Source: Heterodontus francisci
Lineage: Eukaryota
Assembly: GCF_036365525.1 (NCBI RefSeq)
Contig: NC_090380.1
Span: forward strand, 22,889,271 to 22,953,270
Direction: 5' to 3'
DNA length: 64,000 nt
Below are positions 60,165 to 64,000 of this stretch, piece by piece (the first letter of the stretch is position 1; the number at the start of each line of letters is the position of its first letter). Position numbers and translations under genes: made by a program. Under the pieces are notes generated by a model that searched no databases, was not told where the DNA came from, and worked only from the letters and a program-made list of their open reading frames with translations.

Positions 60165-60249
60165 ATGGAGCATTATGACGTATGAAATAAAAATACCACC
60201 AAAACATGCCCTAGCAGTGACCCCAGAGGAGGATGCTGAGGAGTCCCAA
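60165..60249 (+). CDS. DGKH: DGK-eta-like exon: end of DAGKc and start of the type II catalytic-domain insert
   Basis: tttttgcacag|A...TCCCAA|gtgagt. Encodes (R)WSIMTYEIKIPPKHALAVTPEEDAEESQ; WSIMTYE is eta-like. 85 nt, phase 2 to 0. Confidence 0.88.
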
Positions 60250-60924
60250 GTGAGTATTCAGCATTGCAAAATGCATGCAAACTTTGAGTTACAGAACATC
60301 ATTTTGCTCTCAGCTGGAATGTGAAAGAATAAATCTGCTAAGGCTGGACTCCAGTCCTGGAACTTTGCTTCATGAGAGAAACTTGCCTCAAGCTCCATTA
60401 CAGTCCGTTGCTGCAAAAATTGGGAGCACTGCAAATCAGATGTACTATCCTGCACTGGGAGTGAAGCTTAGGAAAATCTAGCCGATATTTTTTAAAAACA
60501 AGGGTTTTAAGTTTTTATGAATAATATTGAGAAATATCGATGCAAGAGAAGCCAGAGGTGTTTTCTGTAAAACAGTAATAATGTTGGGTACATTTGGTCT
60601 GTGGTTACCATTGCAAATGTTTTGGACACACGGTGAAGCTTGTTGTTTGTGCTGTGTGCAAATATTAATCTGGCAAGCTGTTCTGTAATGATTGCCTCTG
60701 GATAAATGTTGCTGATGAATTTACAAGCCCAGTAAAGCGTTGAAGCAATGTCTGATCATGAATTTCTCCTGATCTTATGCATTTTCTAGTAATCTATATA
60801 TTTTAAAAGCAATGTCCTCCCACTTTTGCTGTCCTTGATAGAATGGTAGCTGCATGAATGCGGAAGATTATTTGCCTTAATGCACTATTCCCTGGAGGGA
60901 CAGGAAGAGTCAATTGACCTACTC

Positions 60925-60979
60925 CTTTCTTTTGGGCCTCCTTATCTCGAGAGACAATGGATACGCGCCTGGAGGTGGC
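60925..60979 (-). mobile_element. About 55-bp extreme 3' end of the same RTE family as 24540
   Basis: gggcctccttatctcgagagacaatggatacgcgcctggaggtgg versus ggcctccttgtctcgagagacaatgggtaagcgcctggaggtgg at about 24555. Confidence 0.8.
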
Positions 60980-61151
60980 CTACTCCTAGGCCTTTGGTAT
61001 TATTGTTGCTACCTACTACTGGGAACTGTATTGACTCATCCAGTCTTTCTTTCTGCCCCTTCCCGCTGCTGCCTCCCCCAATGATCTAGATGAGGTCGGC
61101 TTAATGTGCTGAAGTTAGATTGCAAGTGGGCTATATTTATTGTATTCATGA

Positions 61152-61470
61152 CTAAAGCAAAATACTGCAGACTCTGGTAATCTGAAATTAAAACAGAAAA
61201 CGCTGGAAAACACTCAGCATCTATGGAGAGAAAATAGAGTTAACATTTCAGGTCCATGACCTTTCATCACAACTGGAGGATGTTACAGATTTAACAATTT
61301 CTAAGCAAGAACAGAGGTCAGGAAAAGGAGGCGGGTGGGAGGAAAGAACAAATGGAAAGGTCTCTGATAGCGTGGAGGACAGGAGAGATTAGGTAATAAA
61401 AGGCATGATCCGACAAGGCAAGTGCGGGACAATTAAAGAAACAAAAGATGGGTCCAAAGGAGAGTAGATG
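61152..61470 (-). mobile_element. Penelope-like terminal-repeat fragment with a hammerhead remnant
   Basis: Homologous to 18943-19292. The reverse complement of 61238-61274 is AGTT-GTGATGA-A-AGGTC-ATG-GACCT-GAAATGT-T-AACT. Confidence 0.72.
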
Positions 61471-61519
61471 ATAACGAGGGGGGGAAGCTTGGGAATGTGG
61501 CCGAGAGAGGTGGGTAAAC

Positions 61520-64000
61520 CCTATGAATATAACTTCCCTGCTTTTGTACTCTATGCCTCTATTTATGAAGCCCAAGATCCCATATGCTTTGCTAACCACT
61601 CTCTCAATAGGTCCTGCCACCTTCAAAGATTAATGCACATGTACCCCCAGGTTTCTCTGTTCCTGCACATTCTTTGGAACTGTGCCATTAAGTCCATATT
61701 TGCCACTCTCCAATCCTCTGGCACCTCCCCTGTATCCAGGGAAGATTGGAAGGCCAATCCTTCCGCTATCTCCACCCCCACTTCCTTTGGGAATCTGGGA
61801 TGCAAGGTGACTTATCTACCCTAAACATAGCCAGCCTTTTTAGTACCTCCTCCCTCTCAATTCTTACCCTATCCATTGCCTGTACTCTCTCTGCTTCTAC
61901 CTATATTTTGTCAGATTCCTCTTCCTTAGTAAACACTGTTACAAAGTACTCATTAAGTATTCTAGCATTGTCCTGCACCTCCAAGCATATATTACCCTTT
62001 TTGTCCCGAATGGGCCCCACTGCACCTCTTACTACCCACTTGCAATTTACATGCTGGTAGAAGATTTTTGGGTTCCCTTTTATGTTGATTGCCATTCTAG
62101 TCTCATTCTCTCTTTGCCAGTCTTATTTTCCTCTTCACCTCCCCTCTCAACGTATTGTATTTGGCCTGGTTCTTATACTACATTGTCAATATGTTGTTAG
62201 TATTGAATGAGGATAGTAGACTTTGGATCAAAGTAACAGTTTATCTCTAAGATATCTACATGAACACTGAGCAACACGTCTTTCAGACTCGTGACATCAC
62301 ATCCTGTGATGATGCTTAAGCTCTATATACATAATTTACCCAGAAACAGCTTATGTACATTTATACTACAGTTCTCACATGCATCATACACCCTCTTTTT
62401 CTTCTAACATAATCTCTATCTCCCTCGTCATCCGAGGAGTCCTGTTTTTGGTTCCTTTACCTTTCACCCTCGTTGGATTGTACCTAGCCTGTACCTGAAG
62501 CTTCCCCACAGACAGTTGCTCCACTTGGCCCACCTCATTTCCCAGCACCAGATCCAGCAATGCCTTCTTTCTAGTTGGGCCGAGAACATGCTGATGAAGG
62601 AAGTTCTCCTGAAGACATTTCAGAAATTCCTCCACCTCCTTACCCTTTCCTCTAACATCATCACAATTGTTATTTGGGTAATTAAATTGCCCCAAAATCT
62701 ACAGTTCTTGCACATCTCTGTAATTTCCCTGCAGATTTTCTCCTCTATCTCTTGCTCAGTATTTGGAGGCCTATAGAATACCCCCAATAGTGTGATCATA
62801 TCCTTTTTACTTCTCAATTCTTGCCAAATAGATTCTCTCCTTGCCCCCTCAAGAACATACCCCACTTTCCAACACTACAATGTCTTCCCTAATCAGTACT
62901 GCCACCCCACCTCCCATTTTTCCTTCTCTATCTTTTCTGAACACTTTATATCCTCACCATTTTTAAGCCACATTTCCGATATTGCCGCTACACCATTTTC
63001 CCATTTTGCTTTTTGTGCTTGTAGTTTACAAATTTTATTCACCACATTTGTGGGTTTACTTCTATATGCTGATACCCATCCCCTGCCAATTCAGTTTAAA
63101 CCACCTCAACCACACTAGTGAATCTCCCCACGAGGACATTGGTCCCACTTCTCTTGAGGTGCAACCTGTCCCTTTTGAATCGGTACCTCCTATCCCAGAA
63201 CTGTTCCCAATGCCCCAAGAACCTGAAGCCCTCCCTCCTGGTCCATGGTTCAAGCTACGCATTGATCCTCCATATCTTCCTATTTCTACTCTCGCTAGCA
63301 CTTGACACTGGGAGTAATCCAGATATTACTGCCTTCAAGGTTCTACTCTTTAAGTTCTTCCCTAGCTCCTGAAATTCTGACCGTAGGACCTCCAAACCTG
63401 CCCTTTCTATGCCGTTGGTACCAACATGTACCACAACGTCTGGCTCACTCCTTTCTCCCTGCAGAATATTCTGCACCTTCTCTGTGATGTCCTTTACCCT
63501 GGTAGCAAGGAGGCAACACACCATGCAGGACTCAAGATGACAGTTACAGAAATACCTGTCTGTGCCCCTGACTATGAAATCTCCTATAACAACTGCATTT
63601 CTAAACTTTGCTGCTCCCTCCTGTATGGTCCCTTAACATTAGTGCCGTGATCTGGACTACACTCCTTCAGGGTATTGTTACCTCCAGAAGTCTCCAATGC
63701 TGAGTATCTGTTAGAGAGTGACACGCACCTCGAAGACTGCTGCACTTCCTGCCTATTCCTACTCTTCCGATAGCCATGTACCTACTATCCTGAACTCTTA
63801 CTGCCTTTGGGGGGACCCCCTCCTGAAAAGTATGATCCAGGAAGATTCTGTTCCCTGATGCTCCACAGTGACTCCAGCTGCCCCTCAAGCTCAGAAATCC
63901 TGAGCTCGAGCTGAAGCAGCTGGAGACACTTCCTATACACGTGGTCACCCAAGACACATGAAGTGTCCTGAAGTTCCCAATTGACGCAGGAATTGCAAGC
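61520..64000 (-). mobile_element. Internally deleted CR1 with ORF1 (zinc finger/leucine zipper and esterase), running off the window end
   Basis: ORF 63255-63524 (VCCL..RVKDI...VVVHVGTN), LLGVFYRPPN, LLDLVLGNE and IKGNPKIFY. HVYRKCLQLLQLELRISELE in an alternative frame near 63900. Confidence 0.88.
62173..62370 (-). mobile_element. 198-bp solo-LTR-like insertion with a 4-bp TSD
   Basis: gttc is duplicated at 62169-62172 and 62371-62374 inside the CR1. The minus strand starts TGTAGTATAA and has a TATA-like gtatatag and a gataaa poly(A)-like signal. Confidence 0.55.

Overview
Eukaryotic, non-coding-rich DNA. The repeat content (CR1/HER1-type LINEs, HE1-like V-SINEs, SacSINE1-like DeuSINEs) points to a cartilaginous fish; that is an inference. 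The whole window lies inside one + strand gene, a type II diacylglycerol kinase, most likely DGKH (eta). Eight GT-AG exons (2294-2426, 12799-12905, 22645-22770, 27930-28032, 42006-42168, 42996-43104, 48572-48711, 60165-60249) splice in compatible phases into 966 nt / 322 codons. They encode C1A, C1B and the catalytic DAGKc subdomain with the GGDG ATP-binding motif. The start and stop codons lie outside the window. The introns are packed with nested transposable elements: CR1, L2, RTE and a second CR1-group LINE, at least four SINE families, hAT and Harbinger DNA elements, and two LTR types. The most notable signal is a family of short insertions, three of them flanked by perfect 12-14 bp target-site duplications (TSDs). 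They carry a minimal type I hammerhead-ribozyme fold of the kind associated with Penelope-like elements. TE boundaries were read by eye and are approximate unless a TSD is quoted. Family names come from recalled consensus features, not from a database search.
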